DNA of 64,000 nucleotides. Origin: Escherichia coli. GTDB taxonomy: Bacteria; Pseudomonadota; Gammaproteobacteria; Enterobacterales; Enterobacteriaceae. The stretch's first letter is position 1, and the number at the start of each line of letters is the position of its first letter. The stretch lies in assembly GCF_041248615.1 (NCBI RefSeq), contig NZ_CP158426.1. One strand, written 5' to 3'. The notes under the pieces were generated by a model. It ran no database searches. It saw only the letters and a program-made list of their open reading frames with translations, and was not told the DNA's origin. The position numbers and the translations under genes were made by a program. This document shows, one piece after another, positions 19,575-30,001 of the stretch.

Positions 19575-20115
19575 CTTTATCCCTCACTACATGGGTAATA
19601 GCTCTGCGATATTGCCCGGTGTCAATTAATGGTTTCGCCAGATCGGTTCCGGGAGATTCGCCAGCAGCACGCCGGGCAAGTTCCAGTGTTGCCCCCTTGC
19701 GCCCCCGACGAGCCCGGGCTTCAACAGTACTGTCAGCAAGCGGCGTAAAGCCGGTAATGGTCATGTAACGCCTGACACCATTAACGGCCAGCGTTCCGGC
19801 ACGGTTGAGTGCGCCTTCTGCTCCCGCAGCATTACCATCCAGTGCAGCCTGCGCCGCGGCTTTGAGCTGCGGCACCGTCTGCTCTTCTGCCGATTTAACG
19901 CCGGGGGCCAGGTGAGGTCGTGGCGGGATGTTCTGCTCTGGTGAGCCGTATTCGTTGAGGTAACCGATGCCCGCATTACCAAACGGAACATCATCCCGCT
20001 CGCTGTCTTCCGAAGGGATGCCGACCAGCACATCTTTTTTGGTTAACGACCTGAGCGCATCCAGAATGGCCTTAGCGTTATCCACCCTCGTTGTTACACC
20101 GCTTTTGAAACTCAT
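19561..20115 (-). CDS. head-tail joining protein (hypothetical)
   Basis: 184-aa ORF overlapping neighbours by a few codons. Confidence 0.4.
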   Translation of the reverse strand: MSFKSGVTTRVDNAKAILDALRSLTKKDVLVGIPSEDSERDDVPFGNAGIGYLNEYGSPEQNIPPRPHLAPGVKSAEEQTVPQLKAAAQAALDGNAAGAEGALNRAGTLAVNGVRRYMTITGFTPLADSTVEARARRGRKGATLELARRAAGESPGTDLAKPLIDTGQYRRAITHVVRDKDADS

Positions 20116-20519
20116 AGCTGGCGACCGCCTGCACCGAACATCGTGATCAACTGATAAAATTCAGCGCCATATCGGGTGTTATTCCAGAAACCTGCATCAG
20201 GATTCAGCGTCGCGCTGGTGTCATAACTGACGCTTACCTTATCCACGGACTTTGAGGACTGAACACCATTGGTTGAACCGCCCGAACCACCAGCCAGCAT
20301 CGCCCGGCTGTCTGCCGCCCAGAGCGTCATGTAGTGCGCAACGAACAACCCGGCAAAGTGAGGAAACAACTTTTTGCCGGTGACGTTTTCGCTCAGCAGT
20401 TCATCGGCCAGATTCAGACGAAACTGGATTTGCGCTTCGGGATATTTGGCAGGGTCAGCAAACTGCGGGAAGTCGCGGCGAAAATCACTTACCGCTGGCA
20501 GACTTTGATTCTTTGGCAT
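20112..20519 (-). CDS. head-tail connector/adaptor (hypothetical)
   Basis: 135-aa ORF downstream of the major capsid gene. Confidence 0.4.
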   Translation of the reverse strand: MPKNQSLPAVSDFRRDFPQFADPAKYPEAQIQFRLNLADELLSENVTGKKLFPHFAGLFVAHYMTLWAADSRAMLAGGSGGSTNGVQSSKSVDKVSVSYDTSATLNPDAGFWNNTRYGAEFYQLITMFGAGGRQL

Positions 20520-20706
20520 TTTTTACCTCGTTACGCGCGTCTGTGGCTTTGCCAACGGATACTTCCGCGTGCGCACGAGTGAACCAGTGCGTGGCAACGT
20601 CTTCCTCCACAGCATGACGGCCTTTAACAAACTCGCGCCGTGAACCGTCGGGAAGCGTGAGCACAAACGGGGTATGTACGTGTATTACTGCATTATTTTT
20701 TGCCAT
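20485..20706 (-). CDS. small hypothetical protein
   Basis: 73-aa ORF between capsid and connector genes; start uncertain. Confidence 0.3.
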   Translation of the reverse strand: MAKNNAVIHVHTPFVLTLPDGSRREFVKGRHAVEEDVATHWFTRAHAEVSVGKATDARNEVKNAKESKSASGK

Positions 20707-20747
20707 CGGGTCATCCTTAATGGCCCCGCCAGGGGGCCATGTGGCTG

Positions 20748-21689
20748 TTAAATGCCATCAACGTACGAAATGGTTTCTTTGTACACTGGCTCGACTGCAC
20801 CCAGCTTGCCGTAGTAAGTGACGATCTGATACAGACCGCGATACTGCACCGGCACGCTCTGAAGCGGAACCAGCGGGTAGCGGACGTATTTTTTATCGTT
20901 GGTGTACGCAACCATGCGATCCTTATTCCCCACACCACGGCCTTTCAGCCATTTAACCGCGCGGATATTCAGCGGAATACCGTTCTGGTGATAGCTGATG
21001 GTGTTGGTCTGAAGGTACGTCAACAGGGACTGGTTACCCGCAGATGAAACGATGATGCTGGACAACAGAGCAAACTGCTCAGGCGGGATCAGCAAATCAC
21101 GCGGAACCACAGAGTAACCGGAAGCGGCCCACGCATCAGACAGCACCTGGTTAATGCTTGCGCGGATTTCGTCCGGTGTTGAGGTTGCCCACGTTTTGGC
21201 AGCGTTGTTGACAGGCACACCGTCCAGGGTAACAAGACCTTTCAGGTTTAATGCGGAATCGCCAACATACACCTGTTCATCGTTATCCATCTGCCATTTC
21301 AGTTGCATCCCGTCATACTTCTGCGTATCGATCGGGCGTCCGACCTGCTGAGCAGCCTGCAATTCTATGACCGTCCAGCCAAGTTCCATCCCCCACAGGT
21401 TCAGCGGGTTACCGGATTTGCCGATATCCACGTTTACGCCAGCAATAGCGGTTGAGTCTTTGCCTACCCAGTTTTTGCCATTCGGATTTGCACCAGTACC
21501 CGCAGCGGCGAAGCTGGTATTCGTCCAGCTGGAAATGTCATCTGCGATGGAGACATCTTCACGCAGTTGGATATCGCGGGTCCAGGTGTACCCCACCAGT
21601 GGCAGGTTCAGCGTCTGGTCGAGTCGCTCCAGCTCCCCGATGAGAAAGGCACCAGAGCTGTCAACGGTTGCCTGATCAAAAGTAATCAT
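20748..21689 (-). CDS. major capsid protein
   Basis: 313 aa, follows scaffold-like and small head protein genes. Confidence 0.6.
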   Translation of the reverse strand: MITFDQATVDSSGAFLIGELERLDQTLNLPLVGYTWTRDIQLREDVSIADDISSWTNTSFAAAGTGANPNGKNWVGKDSTAIAGVNVDIGKSGNPLNLWGMELGWTVIELQAAQQVGRPIDTQKYDGMQLKWQMDNDEQVYVGDSALNLKGLVTLDGVPVNNAAKTWATSTPDEIRASINQVLSDAWAASGYSVVPRDLLIPPEQFALLSSIIVSSAGNQSLLTYLQTNTISYHQNGIPLNIRAVKWLKGRGVGNKDRMVAYTNDKKYVRYPLVPLQSVPVQYRGLYQIVTYYGKLGAVEPVYKETISYVDGI

Positions 21690-21700
21690 TCGTCTGTTCC

Positions 21701-22207
21701 TTAAATCTTCCAGGAAATTTCTGCATTGCCGTCAGCATCACCGGCACCTGTGAATTCAGCGTTGGTCAGCACCACGTTTTTGCCACTGACTGACGTGGCC
21801 ATGAATCCACCCAGCGGCACTTTGATGGATTCATCAGTGGAGACGACAACGTATACCGGGTCGCCTTTTTTGATGGTGCTGGCATCAAAATCAGAACCGA
21901 GATTAACGGTCACGTAGCCACGCTTCATTGCGTCGCCCGGGAAGTTCTTGCCACTCCCCACCTGGCGAACCATGTCCGGCTGCGAAGTGGTCGGATAAGG
22001 GCGCACATAGATCCCCTTCACCTTGTCTGCGGTATCACCATCTGCCAGCGGCACGAAAAAACCGTCATCATCGTATTTACCAGCCAGCCCATAGGCAGCA
22101 AAGGCGTTATCGGATTTAAGGACCACCGGTTCGACGGTTAAGTCCTGCGGGCGAGAGACAGCCCCGGCAATGCCAACAGGCATCCGGTACAGAAATACAT
22201 TATTCAT
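21701..22207 (-). CDS. head structural/decoration protein (hypothetical)
   Basis: 168-aa ORF immediately upstream of the major capsid gene. Confidence 0.45.
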   Translation of the reverse strand: MNNVFLYRMPVGIAGAVSRPQDLTVEPVVLKSDNAFAAYGLAGKYDDDGFFVPLADGDTADKVKGIYVRPYPTTSQPDMVRQVGSGKNFPGDAMKRGYVTVNLGSDFDASTIKKGDPVYVVVSTDESIKVPLGGFMATSVSGKNVVLTNAEFTGAGDADGNAEISWKI

Positions 22208-22210
22208 TTT

Positions 22211-23431
22211 TTACCCTTTACGGTTTGCCCAGAATTCAGCGTTTTGTTTGTTCAGGGAAGCGATACTGGTCATGCCCATATTTGGGCGCTGTGCATCGCC
22301 GGTGGTGGCGCGGGTGTTTCGCCCTTTGGCAATCTCAGACACGGCATTAAACGCCATGTCGACTGATTGTTTCGGCAATTTGCGGATATCCGCATCACCG
22401 ACTATCTGGCGAACCAGCGTTTTGTCAGCAGAAGCCAGAACCTCGCGTTTGAACGCGGTCGGTTTCATCTTACGGCTCAGATCGATACCCGGAACGATAA
22501 CTTCGGCACGCCAGGCTGAGTCACCAGTAATCGTGGTTTCCTCTTCATCGTCCTCGCCGTCACCGGTCGGATTATCGTCAGGCTTATTATCGTTATCGCC
22601 CGTGGCATTTCCTTCCAGCTTAGCCAGCAGGGCTTTCAGTAATGTTTTGAGGTCATCATCACTGTCGCCGGTTGGACCTCCACCCATCTCTGGTGCTTTG
22701 TCCGGTAGTGGTTGCTGCGGGGACAGGTTGATATTGAGATTAACGCCCTGCGGCAAATCCCCCTCATCTCCTGTAACCGATGCGGGAGCCGACTCCACCA
22801 GTTCGTTCATGGTGTCGGCATCTCCTGTCTTGATGGCCGCACGCATGCGGTTCCACCAGTTTTTCTTTTGATTTGCCATTGTGTCTCTGTCTCCAATTGC
22901 ACAACGATTTCCGGCTCTGCCTTTAGGGACAAGAGCCACATGGTTTCCGGTAATATCGACCTGCTCAGCTTTACCTGGCTCGGTCTGCTCGTACTCCGCG
23001 TCATAGCCGCACGACACTTCGCGCAGGCCATCTTCGATAAGCTGAATGGCGTTTTCGTCTTTGACGATAAGGTCAGCCAGCATCAAATCAGACTGCTCAC
23101 CCGTCCCGCGCCGGACATTCTGGAGGTGCCCGACAGCAAGCTCTTTCCAGTTCTCGGGATTTACCAGCCGCACATTCCCGTTTTCATCTTCAGGATGCAG
23201 AATCGTGATGCTCATCCCTTCGAATGAGGCAAGCGTGGCCGGATGGAATACCTGCTCAGGAGAACGCGTGACGACTATTTCACCGAACTTATCGGGTTTC
23301 AGTTTTGGCAGGTCATCAGCACCATAGAGCTGCTTACCTGTTCGTCCTATCGGCACGTCTCTGCACAGCAACGAGCCGTCAGCCAGCTGATAGCGGGTTT
23401 CCCCCAGCCGGGTATTGAAAAAATATTTCAT
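22211..23431 (-). CDS. head scaffolding or maturation protease-like protein
   Basis: 406 aa with acidic Gly/Asp-rich C-terminal region, between the head morphogenesis and capsid genes. Confidence 0.5.
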   Translation of the reverse strand: MKYFFNTRLGETRYQLADGSLLCRDVPIGRTGKQLYGADDLPKLKPDKFGEIVVTRSPEQVFHPATLASFEGMSITILHPEDENGNVRLVNPENWKELAVGHLQNVRRGTGEQSDLMLADLIVKDENAIQLIEDGLREVSCGYDAEYEQTEPGKAEQVDITGNHVALVPKGRAGNRCAIGDRDTMANQKKNWWNRMRAAIKTGDADTMNELVESAPASVTGDEGDLPQGVNLNINLSPQQPLPDKAPEMGGGPTGDSDDDLKTLLKALLAKLEGNATGDNDNKPDDNPTGDGEDDEEETTITGDSAWRAEVIVPGIDLSRKMKPTAFKREVLASADKTLVRQIVGDADIRKLPKQSVDMAFNAVSEIAKGRNTRATTGDAQRPNMGMTSIASLNKQNAEFWANRKG

Positions 23432-23445
23432 GTGTTACCTGCGAT

Positions 23446-24180
23446 TCAGGCGGGATAAGATTGGGAGGTGGGAAAAACGATTTCTTTATAACAACGACAA
23501 TTCGGGAGCTCGCCAGCGTGACCGGTCATGCCGTCAAGCGTTGGAGGTTTGCCCCATTCGACAAATTTACCTTCCATTTCCCGATGAGAATGCCTGACGT
23601 CACCATCTTCGGCTGTACGCCAAATATAACCATTCGAACCAATTGACAGCGCACGCGCCTGATCCAGCGCGCCGGTTGCACGTCCAAGTTCAGTACGGGC
23701 AATCAGGTCAGCTCTGGACTTTGCTATATCACCCGATGCGGCTATTTCTTTAGCAAAATGTTCTGCTCTCCCACCGGTCACAACAGCTTCTATCGCCCGA
23801 TTCTGGATGTCGTACACCCTGTCAGCCGCCTCGAGGGGGAGCGATTTGATGTACTTGACCTGTTCGGCGATGATGGATTGCATCACCTGGCCCACAGGAG
23901 CGCTTTCCACAAGATTGCGGAGCTCGCGACTGATGTTCTTGCTGTGTTGCCGCCAAACTTTCTCGTTCTGCCGGGTTAGGTCCGCAGTAAAGTTTTCCGC
24001 GACCTTTGTCGCCCAGGGGGTGATGATTTCACTGTAGCGTTCCAGCGCCTCAATAATTTCCGTGATACTGTCATTTGAACCATCGTAGCGACCATTTACG
24101 ATGTCTCCGACCGCCCGCGCTATCCTGCGTAGGCTGGTTCGATAGCGGATTTCCGCCTGACGGTTCCTGCGGTTCGTCAT
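23446..24180 (-). CDS. minor head/head morphogenesis protein (Mu F / SPP1 gp7-like)
   Basis: C-terminal motif ...DGDVRHSHREMEGKFVEWGKPP...NCRCY; start uncertain, ORF overlaps the portal 3' end. Confidence 0.6.
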   Translation of the reverse strand: MTNRRNRQAEIRYRTSLRRIARAVGDIVNGRYDGSNDSITEIIEALERYSEIITPWATKVAENFTADLTRQNEKVWRQHSKNISRELRNLVESAPVGQVMQSIIAEQVKYIKSLPLEAADRVYDIQNRAIEAVVTGGRAEHFAKEIAASGDIAKSRADLIARTELGRATGALDQARALSIGSNGYIWRTAEDGDVRHSHREMEGKFVEWGKPPTLDGMTGHAGELPNCRCYKEIVFPTSQSYPA

Positions 24181-25537
24181 CAGGTTCGCCGATGCCGGGC
24201 GGCGCTTCATCTTCGGCATTCTCGATGTCCTCGTCGGTAATGGATGCCCCGATGCCGGTTACGTCAGAATTTTCGCGCAAATCAGTCATAGCGGCTTTCA
24301 GTGTCATCAGACCATCACCCAGCGCTGTACTGATTGCGTTGGTGGTATTTAACGCCACCGTTGAACGATCGACATCAGACATTTGCCAGAGCGGGTTAAA
24401 CTCAAACGTGAAATCATCCGGGAGCGGCTTGCCAAGTTCCGAACGATGCATGATGTCCAGTATCCGCCGCACCGGAAGACGTAAACGTCTCTCCTGCAAC
24501 GAACTGATGCGGTCGTAATAGTTGGCAAGGTCTGCATCACCGGTAGAAAATCCTTTCGGGGACTGTCCAAACAGCCGCACCAGTGGGATACCAACAGCGC
24601 CACTAATCTGTTCTGCAAACTGTGAAAGGATGTCATCCAGACCACTGAAGCTGTACTGATGAGTTTCAAACTTATCCCGCGAGTCCATGAGCGTCATGCC
24701 TTCATTGCTCTGGAACTGTCGAATCAGGTCTATATTCTTCAGCAACGCTTCATACGCAGGACCACCAAGTGCGATAAGCTCGCGTAGCTTCTCCACGCTG
24801 TAGGTACGCAAATGCGCTTTGTAGACCAGCTGCGCCGCGCCGACAGTAGCGCTGTCGAACGCGGTAAGACGATCCCAGATACGCTCTACAACCGACATTC
24901 CCCATTCGTTCTCGGTCATCTTCTGCTGAAATGGCAGCGTGACGCCATCAAAGCGAATCAGTCGACTGTGATGAATGCGCCAGGCAGGAATTCCCGTTGC
25001 TGTGGTCACCACATCGTAAAACTCAGGTTTACCCAGGTCCGGCCCCATATCTTTAATGCGGCGGGTCAGTACCGGGTCAATCATCCAGCGGTCGAGCGGG
25101 AGAATCCCCTTAAACTTGCCCTTACCGATGGTTTCGGGTCGCAGCGGGGTCATTGGTGCCTGCCCCTCAATCATGATGAAACCCACCGCGCCGCCGTAGA
25201 GGCGCGACCATTTCAGCACGTCATTCAGCGCATCCCAGATTTGCAACTCATCCAGTTGTGATTCGAGAATGCCACGATCTTTTGCATCAATTTCCGAAGT
25301 GATGCGAATGCCTTTGCGGGTCATATCATCTGGGATAGCATCGACCGCTTCGCCGATGATCCAGGACGAACGATAGGACCATTCCACCAGCATGCGGTTA
25401 CGACTGGTGAAATTAGCCCGGTAGGTGGATGCTGAGTGCTGGTTAGGTGTCTGCATCCCTACGCGGGCAATAAAATTCTCATAACCATCAGCTGTGGCCT
25501 GCGCAGTTCGCCGCAGGGCTTGTTTGTTTCGTGCCAT
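24071..25537 (-). CDS. portal protein
   Basis: 488 aa immediately downstream of the terminase large subunit with ATGA-type coupling. Confidence 0.7.
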   Translation of the reverse strand: MARNKQALRRTAQATADGYENFIARVGMQTPNQHSASTYRANFTSRNRMLVEWSYRSSWIIGEAVDAIPDDMTRKGIRITSEIDAKDRGILESQLDELQIWDALNDVLKWSRLYGGAVGFIMIEGQAPMTPLRPETIGKGKFKGILPLDRWMIDPVLTRRIKDMGPDLGKPEFYDVVTTATGIPAWRIHHSRLIRFDGVTLPFQQKMTENEWGMSVVERIWDRLTAFDSATVGAAQLVYKAHLRTYSVEKLRELIALGGPAYEALLKNIDLIRQFQSNEGMTLMDSRDKFETHQYSFSGLDDILSQFAEQISGAVGIPLVRLFGQSPKGFSTGDADLANYYDRISSLQERRLRLPVRRILDIMHRSELGKPLPDDFTFEFNPLWQMSDVDRSTVALNTTNAISTALGDGLMTLKAAMTDLRENSDVTGIGASITDEDIENAEDEAPPGIGEPDDEPQEPSGGNPLSNQPTQDSAGGRRHRKWSLRWFK

Positions 25538-27159
25538 CAGGCCTGTCTCCCTAGCAGCTCCCAGATGTTCAGGGCTGAATTCATTGGGGCATAGTTGATC
25601 ATCACCGAGTCGGCAAGGTTTGGCGATCGGGTTCCATCAGGCTGTTTATCAATAACGATTTTTCCCACACCATTAATGGAATAGGTCGGCTGCGAAAGCT
25701 CGATGATGAGTTTATCTTTGAGTGCCATGCTACTGCTGATTGAGATGATTTCGTCCGGGTTGTAAGCCATACCTTCAACCACGGCGCGCCAGGTATTCTG
25801 AAAAAGTTTACGTAACCGCCACCAGCTCTGGGCTTTGGCGTTAGCGAAGAAGTCCTTGTTCAGACGTGCGGCTTGCCCGTTGTCCCCGCGAACAGCTTCA
25901 TCATCTGGATCAAATACCGCGCCACTACCTCGAAACGGTGTGGCGAGTATTGACGGTCGACGCGCAACGTTACGCAGTTCGTTGATAGCGCGTGCATCGC
26001 CGCGAACGCCAGCGCCCAGCCCGTCCTCGTCAAAGCGAAACTCTTCGAGGTTGTCCTGTTCGCAAAAACCGAAAACCTTCTCGACGGACTGATAAATGTC
26101 ACTGCCCACACCGGACCATTCCCGCACATTTTCCAGGAGGAAGCCATGACGGGTGGAAAATGCATTTTTGTCCCTGCCTTCGTCGGCGACATCCATCGCG
26201 CCAAGTCGTTTGCCTGTTGGCTGGATACCCAGTTTGATATGTGCATCAACGGCAGCCTGTACCCATTCGGATGGAATCAGGACGCCTTCCGCTGATGCGC
26301 TGTAGTTCAGATCAAGTTCCTGTGCCACCACCACCGGATTATCGATTTTCTCGCATTCCCTGCGATACCACTCTTCATCCTTGCGAGGATCATCCCGCCA
26401 GTGGAATGTGAATACCGGTATCTTCCCGCCATGACGCTTCTGAGCGAACGGGTTCGCCATGCCGTTAACTGAACTCAGGTCAATACGGCAACGCGTCGTT
26501 TGTGACAACGCCGCATCAATCAGCAGAGGACGCTGAAGGAATGCAGCCTCATCAACCAGATAAAGCGTGGTACGGTCACCACGACCAATATTATCGCCAG
26601 CCTCGCCTTTGATAACGGCACCAGTTTCAGGAAACTCAACACGCATATATGGCGCGTGCTTCTTCTCGCTCCACGAACCGCGAAACTCTACAGGTAGTGT
26701 TTCCACGAACTTGCGCGCCTTCCAGAACAATGCTTTCGGGTCACCGGTGCTGTCGACGTATTCCTCTTTACGGGAGCCGAAACCGATAACCATTTCTTTG
26801 TTGAAGAGACAAAGCGAGCAGGCCAGTCCGATCGCGGTCCAACTGAGCCCCATTTCACGGGATTTTTCGGTAATACCATTCTCCCTATTGCCCCAGCGTT
26901 CCATAATCCAGTGGATCCACTCCTCCTGCTTAGGGAAGAGTAAAAACGGAATGGTCACCGGCAGGCCATAATCAATATTACGCGGGTCCGTTGTCATGCC
27001 CCAGTCGATGATGAACTGAGCCGGGTTGGTTCGGTAAAACTGTTTTAGTGCTGGCAATATTTCAGGGTTCTGGCGAATGCGCTGTAAGCGTTCCATCCGC
27101 CATTCAAAAACCATCTGGTAATCAGGATTTTTAAAATCGAAGGGGAATGGTAACGGCAT
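25537..27159 (-). CDS. terminase large subunit
   Basis: 540 aa with ATPase and nuclease-type regions; follows the small subunit. Confidence 0.8.
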   Translation of the reverse strand: MPLPFPFDFKNPDYQMVFEWRMERLQRIRQNPEILPALKQFYRTNPAQFIIDWGMTTDPRNIDYGLPVTIPFLLFPKQEEWIHWIMERWGNRENGITEKSREMGLSWTAIGLACSLCLFNKEMVIGFGSRKEEYVDSTGDPKALFWKARKFVETLPVEFRGSWSEKKHAPYMRVEFPETGAVIKGEAGDNIGRGDRTTLYLVDEAAFLQRPLLIDAALSQTTRCRIDLSSVNGMANPFAQKRHGGKIPVFTFHWRDDPRKDEEWYRRECEKIDNPVVVAQELDLNYSASAEGVLIPSEWVQAAVDAHIKLGIQPTGKRLGAMDVADEGRDKNAFSTRHGFLLENVREWSGVGSDIYQSVEKVFGFCEQDNLEEFRFDEDGLGAGVRGDARAINELRNVARRPSILATPFRGSGAVFDPDDEAVRGDNGQAARLNKDFFANAKAQSWWRLRKLFQNTWRAVVEGMAYNPDEIISISSSMALKDKLIIELSQPTYSINGVGKIVIDKQPDGTRSPNLADSVMINYAPMNSALNIWELLGRQA

Positions 27160-27161
27160 AC

Positions 27162-27713
27162 TTAGCCCATCATTTTTCTATACGCCTCTGCAGCCTGCTC
27201 CGGCGTTAAGTTGGTAATTTCTGTTCTGACTGGTCCTCCATCAGCGCCAGTCACTTCATTTTTGACGTTGTCTTTAAACGCCTGAACAGAAACATGACGC
27301 CCAAGCAACTCAAGGTTTTTAACCTTATCAGGCCATTTGATTTTCTTCAGAAGTGCGGCGCTATCTGCGGATACCATCTCCATGACATCCATTCCTGATA
27401 GCGTTGTGCGCCATACCTTAGGCCAGTCTTTAATGGGTTTTAGATCACCGTTTTGCAGGAGAATGTCGAGCACATCCATCTGGTCGATTTCAATAAGGCG
27501 ATTAAGTACATATTCTGCATTAATACCAACAAGATCATTGCGTTGCGCTTTCAGTTCAGCGATTCTGAATTGTATGTCAGGTTTTGACAGGTTTTCGGAT
27601 GCGGTACGGTTAGCTGTCTTTGCGCTGTACCCCGCCCGAATAGCCGCTTGCGTGGCGTTTAAATCGATGAGGTACTCGCGACAGAACATTTCTTGCTTGT
27701 CGGTGAGTGCCAT
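27162..27713 (-). CDS. terminase small subunit
   Basis: Start [15 protein letters not shown]..., typical small terminase N-terminus; ATG at 27713. Confidence 0.75.
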   Translation of the reverse strand: MALTDKQEMFCREYLIDLNATQAAIRAGYSAKTANRTASENLSKPDIQFRIAELKAQRNDLVGINAEYVLNRLIEIDQMDVLDILLQNGDLKPIKDWPKVWRTTLSGMDVMEMVSADSAALLKKIKWPDKVKNLELLGRHVSVQAFKDNVKNEVTGADGGPVRTEITNLTPEQAAEAYRKMMG

Positions 27714-27782
27714 TACTTTTCCTAACACTGAGGTAATTTATTCTTGGACAGTTACTACATAACTATCAATGCAATACAAATC

Positions 27783-27932
27783 ATGCTTGCGAAGAGCAAT
27801 GGTTTTTACTTGATCGCCTGGTCTAATCAAAACCGCACAGCAAGCTCGAAAGAAGAGCTTGCTCGTATTTTGGCGTCAGAATTTAGTATCACTAATCTCG
27901 AAGCTACCAACTACGTTGCCGATCTGAACTAA
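27783..27932 (+). CDS. small hypothetical ORF antisense to the late operon
   Basis: 49 codons from ATG at 27783; no recognisable motif. Confidence 0.2.
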   Translation: MLAKSNGFYLIAWSNQNRTASSKEELARILASEFSITNLEATNYVADLN

Positions 27933-28114
27933 CTTTTTTGCGGCCATCAAATCGGAACTGCTGTAGTTGATGGCCAATCATTCCTGCTAGCTAATTCGTT
28001 ACTCTGTTGTTTATTCTGCAGGTTTTTCTGTCTACTCTGCAGGTATCTTCAACGACTCATTCCAAATGGTCAGGTGGTTATTGTGCGCTGAGATGCGCGT
28101 TGAAATTCAGATGT

Positions 28115-28140
28115 GAAAAGGCCCCGCTAAAAGCGAGGCC
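28115..28140 (-). terminator. rho-independent terminator after the unknown gene downstream of Rz
   Basis: Reverse-strand hairpin GGCCTCGC-TTTTA-GCGGGGCC followed by UUUU. Confidence 0.5.
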
Positions 28141-28157
28141 ATAAATCACTTGATATC

Positions 28158-28532
28158 TTACTGAGAACGCTGGAGTAATCCGCGCTGAGCGAGAACTAGA
28201 ACAATGTCATAAGACCCTTGCCTGTCTTTATAGCAAGTTTTATCAACTAACTCAGCTTTGCTAATTCCGGGTAAATCAAGAATCAGATTCGCAACTTCAA
28301 TTGCCCTTTGGTACAACTTACCGATCTTTTTCTCCCCATGATGTGGTTTTACATTCTTCAGATAACCGCTATCCGCCAGAGCGAGAAACGTTGCCCTTGG
28401 GCATCCCTTCTTTCTTGCCGATTCGCTTTCTGTAACCTCAGCGACAGCAGCATCCCATGCATCACGCGGGGATATTGAATTATCAGCAACCAAATAATAA
28501 GCAATTAAAGCGGCGCGCGCGTATTGAGACAT
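28158..28532 (-). CDS. hypothetical protein between the lysis cassette and terminase genes
   Basis: 124 codons from ATG at 28532 (MSQYARAALIAYYLV...); lower G+C by eye; own terminator. Confidence 0.5.
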   Translation of the reverse strand: MSQYARAALIAYYLVADNSISPRDAWDAAVAEVTESESARKKGCPRATFLALADSGYLKNVKPHHGEKKIGKLYQRAIEVANLILDLPGISKAELVDKTCYKDRQGSYDIVLVLAQRGLLQRSQ

Positions 28533-28570
28533 AATGCATCCATATACAAAAATCTTATGATAAGACTTTT

Positions 28571-29014
28571 CTAATATGAACACTGTGATCTCACATACTC
28601 TTGCAGGCCATTCAATTGGTTAGTTATGGTTTCGATGCGCTCTCTGAGAACGAAATAATCCCGTTGAGCGGTGTCAGTAAGTCTGGGGCTGGCGCCATCA
28701 TCCACGCCGGAGGCGGCGGTGGTTTTATGCATGTCCGGACAGACTGCTTTGACGCGCAGCCACTTACGACCAGCAGAAACATCAGCACGAATACTTTCGA
28801 TAGTCGCGTTAGCATCAGCAAGCTCCTTTGTGTATCTGGCGTCGAGTTCTGCTACATCACGTTGACGCTTCTGCATGTCAGCGATGATGTACGTGGCTTT
28901 ATCGCGCTGTTCTTTATAGGTAATGGCGTTATCACGGTAATGATTAACAGCCCATGACAGACAGACGATGATGCAGATAACCAGAGCGGAGATAATCGCG
29001 GTTAACCTGCTCAT
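28571..29014 (-). CDS. Rz: i-spanin Rz
   Basis: N-terminal TM segment then coiled-coil periplasmic domain; overlaps endolysin stop. Confidence 0.75.
   Translation of the reverse strand: MSRLTAIISALVICIIVCLSWAVNHYRDNAITYKEQRDKATYIIADMQKRQRDVAELDARYTKELADANATIESIRADVSAGRKWLRVKAVCPDMHKTTAASGVDDGASPRLTDTAQRDYFVLRERIETITNQLNGLQEYVRSQCSY
28624..28821 (-). CDS. Rz1: o-spanin Rz1 lipoprotein, nested in the +1 frame of Rz
   Basis: Lipobox LLVVSGC and proline-rich mature region [11 protein letters not shown]. Confidence 0.7.
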   Translation of the reverse strand: MLMLTRLSKVFVLMFLLVVSGCASKQSVRTCIKPPPPPAWMMAPAPDLLTPLNGIISFSESASKP

Positions 29015-29508
29015 TGCTGCCCCCACAAACAGACTTCACGCTCAATCTCACGGCGAGTCATCAGCCCTTTCCATTGCTTACCGCCAGCGTATGTCCAGCG
29101 ACGTAGCTGGTCACATGCGCCTTTGATATCGCCCTGGTTTATTTTGCGAAGAAGCGTCGATGTTCTGAAATTGCCAGCACCCACGTTGTAGACGAACGAG
29201 TAAAGAGCGCCGCGCGTTGTTTCCGGTATATCGACTTTGATGTACGGGTTAATTTGTCTGGCGACCGTGGCAAGGTCTTTATTCAGGAGGGCTTTGCATT
29301 CTGCTTCGGTATACGTTTTACCGGGAATGATGTCTTTTCCTGTATGCCCGTGACATACAGTCCATACGCCAACGATATCTTTGTATGGTATGTAGCTGAC
29401 ACCTTCCAGACCATCGTTACCACCTGGACCAGTGATTAACACTGATGCTATAGCAATAGCCCCGCCACCAATAGCAGCTGCAACAGCTTTTCGTAATGAT
29501 GGAGGCAT
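29011..29508 (-). CDS. R: SAR endolysin (lysozyme), phage 21 R-like
   Basis: 165 aa; N-terminal Gly/Ala-rich signal-anchor-release segment [20 protein letters not shown] then lysozyme domain. Confidence 0.85.
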   Translation of the reverse strand: MPPSLRKAVAAAIGGGAIAIASVLITGPGGNDGLEGVSYIPYKDIVGVWTVCHGHTGKDIIPGKTYTEAECKALLNKDLATVARQINPYIKVDIPETTRGALYSFVYNVGAGNFRTSTLLRKINQGDIKGACDQLRRWTYAGGKQWKGLMTRREIEREVCLWGQQ

Positions 29509-29723
29509 TATTCACCTCTCGCAGCCTTTCTTCTGTCTTCTCTGATTTTGAAGTACAGATTTGTCAGATAAGTCAAAAAGCCCAGAACTAGACTTCCCAG
29601 CACACCAATTGCAGCCCACTGTGACGGACTGACCTGATCCAACCACTGTAAAAACCAGTATCCCGCACTACCAGCGGATGTTCCGTAGGCAATGCCAGTA
29701 GAGATTTTGTCCATTGATTTCAT
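29508..29723 (-). CDS. S: pinholin/antiholin S with dual start, phage 21 S-like
   Basis: 71 aa [29 protein letters not shown]... with two TM segments and Met1/Met4 dual-start motif. Confidence 0.85.
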   Translation of the reverse strand: MKSMDKISTGIAYGTSAGSAGYWFLQWLDQVSPSQWAAIGVLGSLVLGFLTYLTNLYFKIREDRRKAARGE

Positions 29724-29841
29724 AGCAACGCCTCCGCAAGTAACGGATTGCGTAGTTCTTATATTGGGAAGGGGAAAAAAGAAGGCCGCGGCATAACTAT
29801 CACTGATGAGTTCAGGATAGCCAGTGGCTACGGCTCAGTTA

Positions 29842-29917
29842 TGGTGCTGGTTAACGGACTTGAACCGCTACCCATTCGCTTACAAGGCGACTGCTCTACC
29901 ATTGGAGCTAAACCAGC
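29842..29917 (-). tRNA. tRNA-like gene, anticodon UGU (Thr) by manual folding
   Basis: 76-nt cloverleaf: acceptor GCTGGTT/AACCAGC, D arm GCTC-CAATGGTA-GAGC, anticodon loop CTTGTAA (U33, A37), T arm AGCGG-TTCAAGT-CCGTT, 3' ACCA; one anticodon-stem mismatch. Confidence 0.55.
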
Positions 29918-29922
29918 ATGTT

Positions 29923-29997
29923 TGGCGGGACAGCGTGGACTCGAACCACGATAAGAAGGTTAACAGCCTTCCGTAATGACCTTTATACGACTGACCC
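29923..29997 (-). tRNA. tRNA-like gene, anticodon GUU (Asn), possibly degenerate
   Basis: Anticodon arm GAAGG-CTGTTAA-CCTTC and T arm CGTGG-TTCGAGT-CCACG are perfect; acceptor stem has one mismatch and the D stem is short. Confidence 0.45.
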
Positions 29998-30001
29998 AAA
30001 T

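Noticed and set aside
24071-24219. Using the ORF-track start for the Mu F-like gene (150-bp overlap with portal)
   Set aside because: Such a long overlap is unlikely; start moved to an internal ATG but remains uncertain, so only the C-terminal domain call is relied on.
29724-29841. Possible third tRNA between the Thr-like tRNA and the S gene
   Set aside because: Could not fold a cloverleaf with CCA end; the region contains a GGCCGCGGCC palindrome and the S ribosome-binding site instead.
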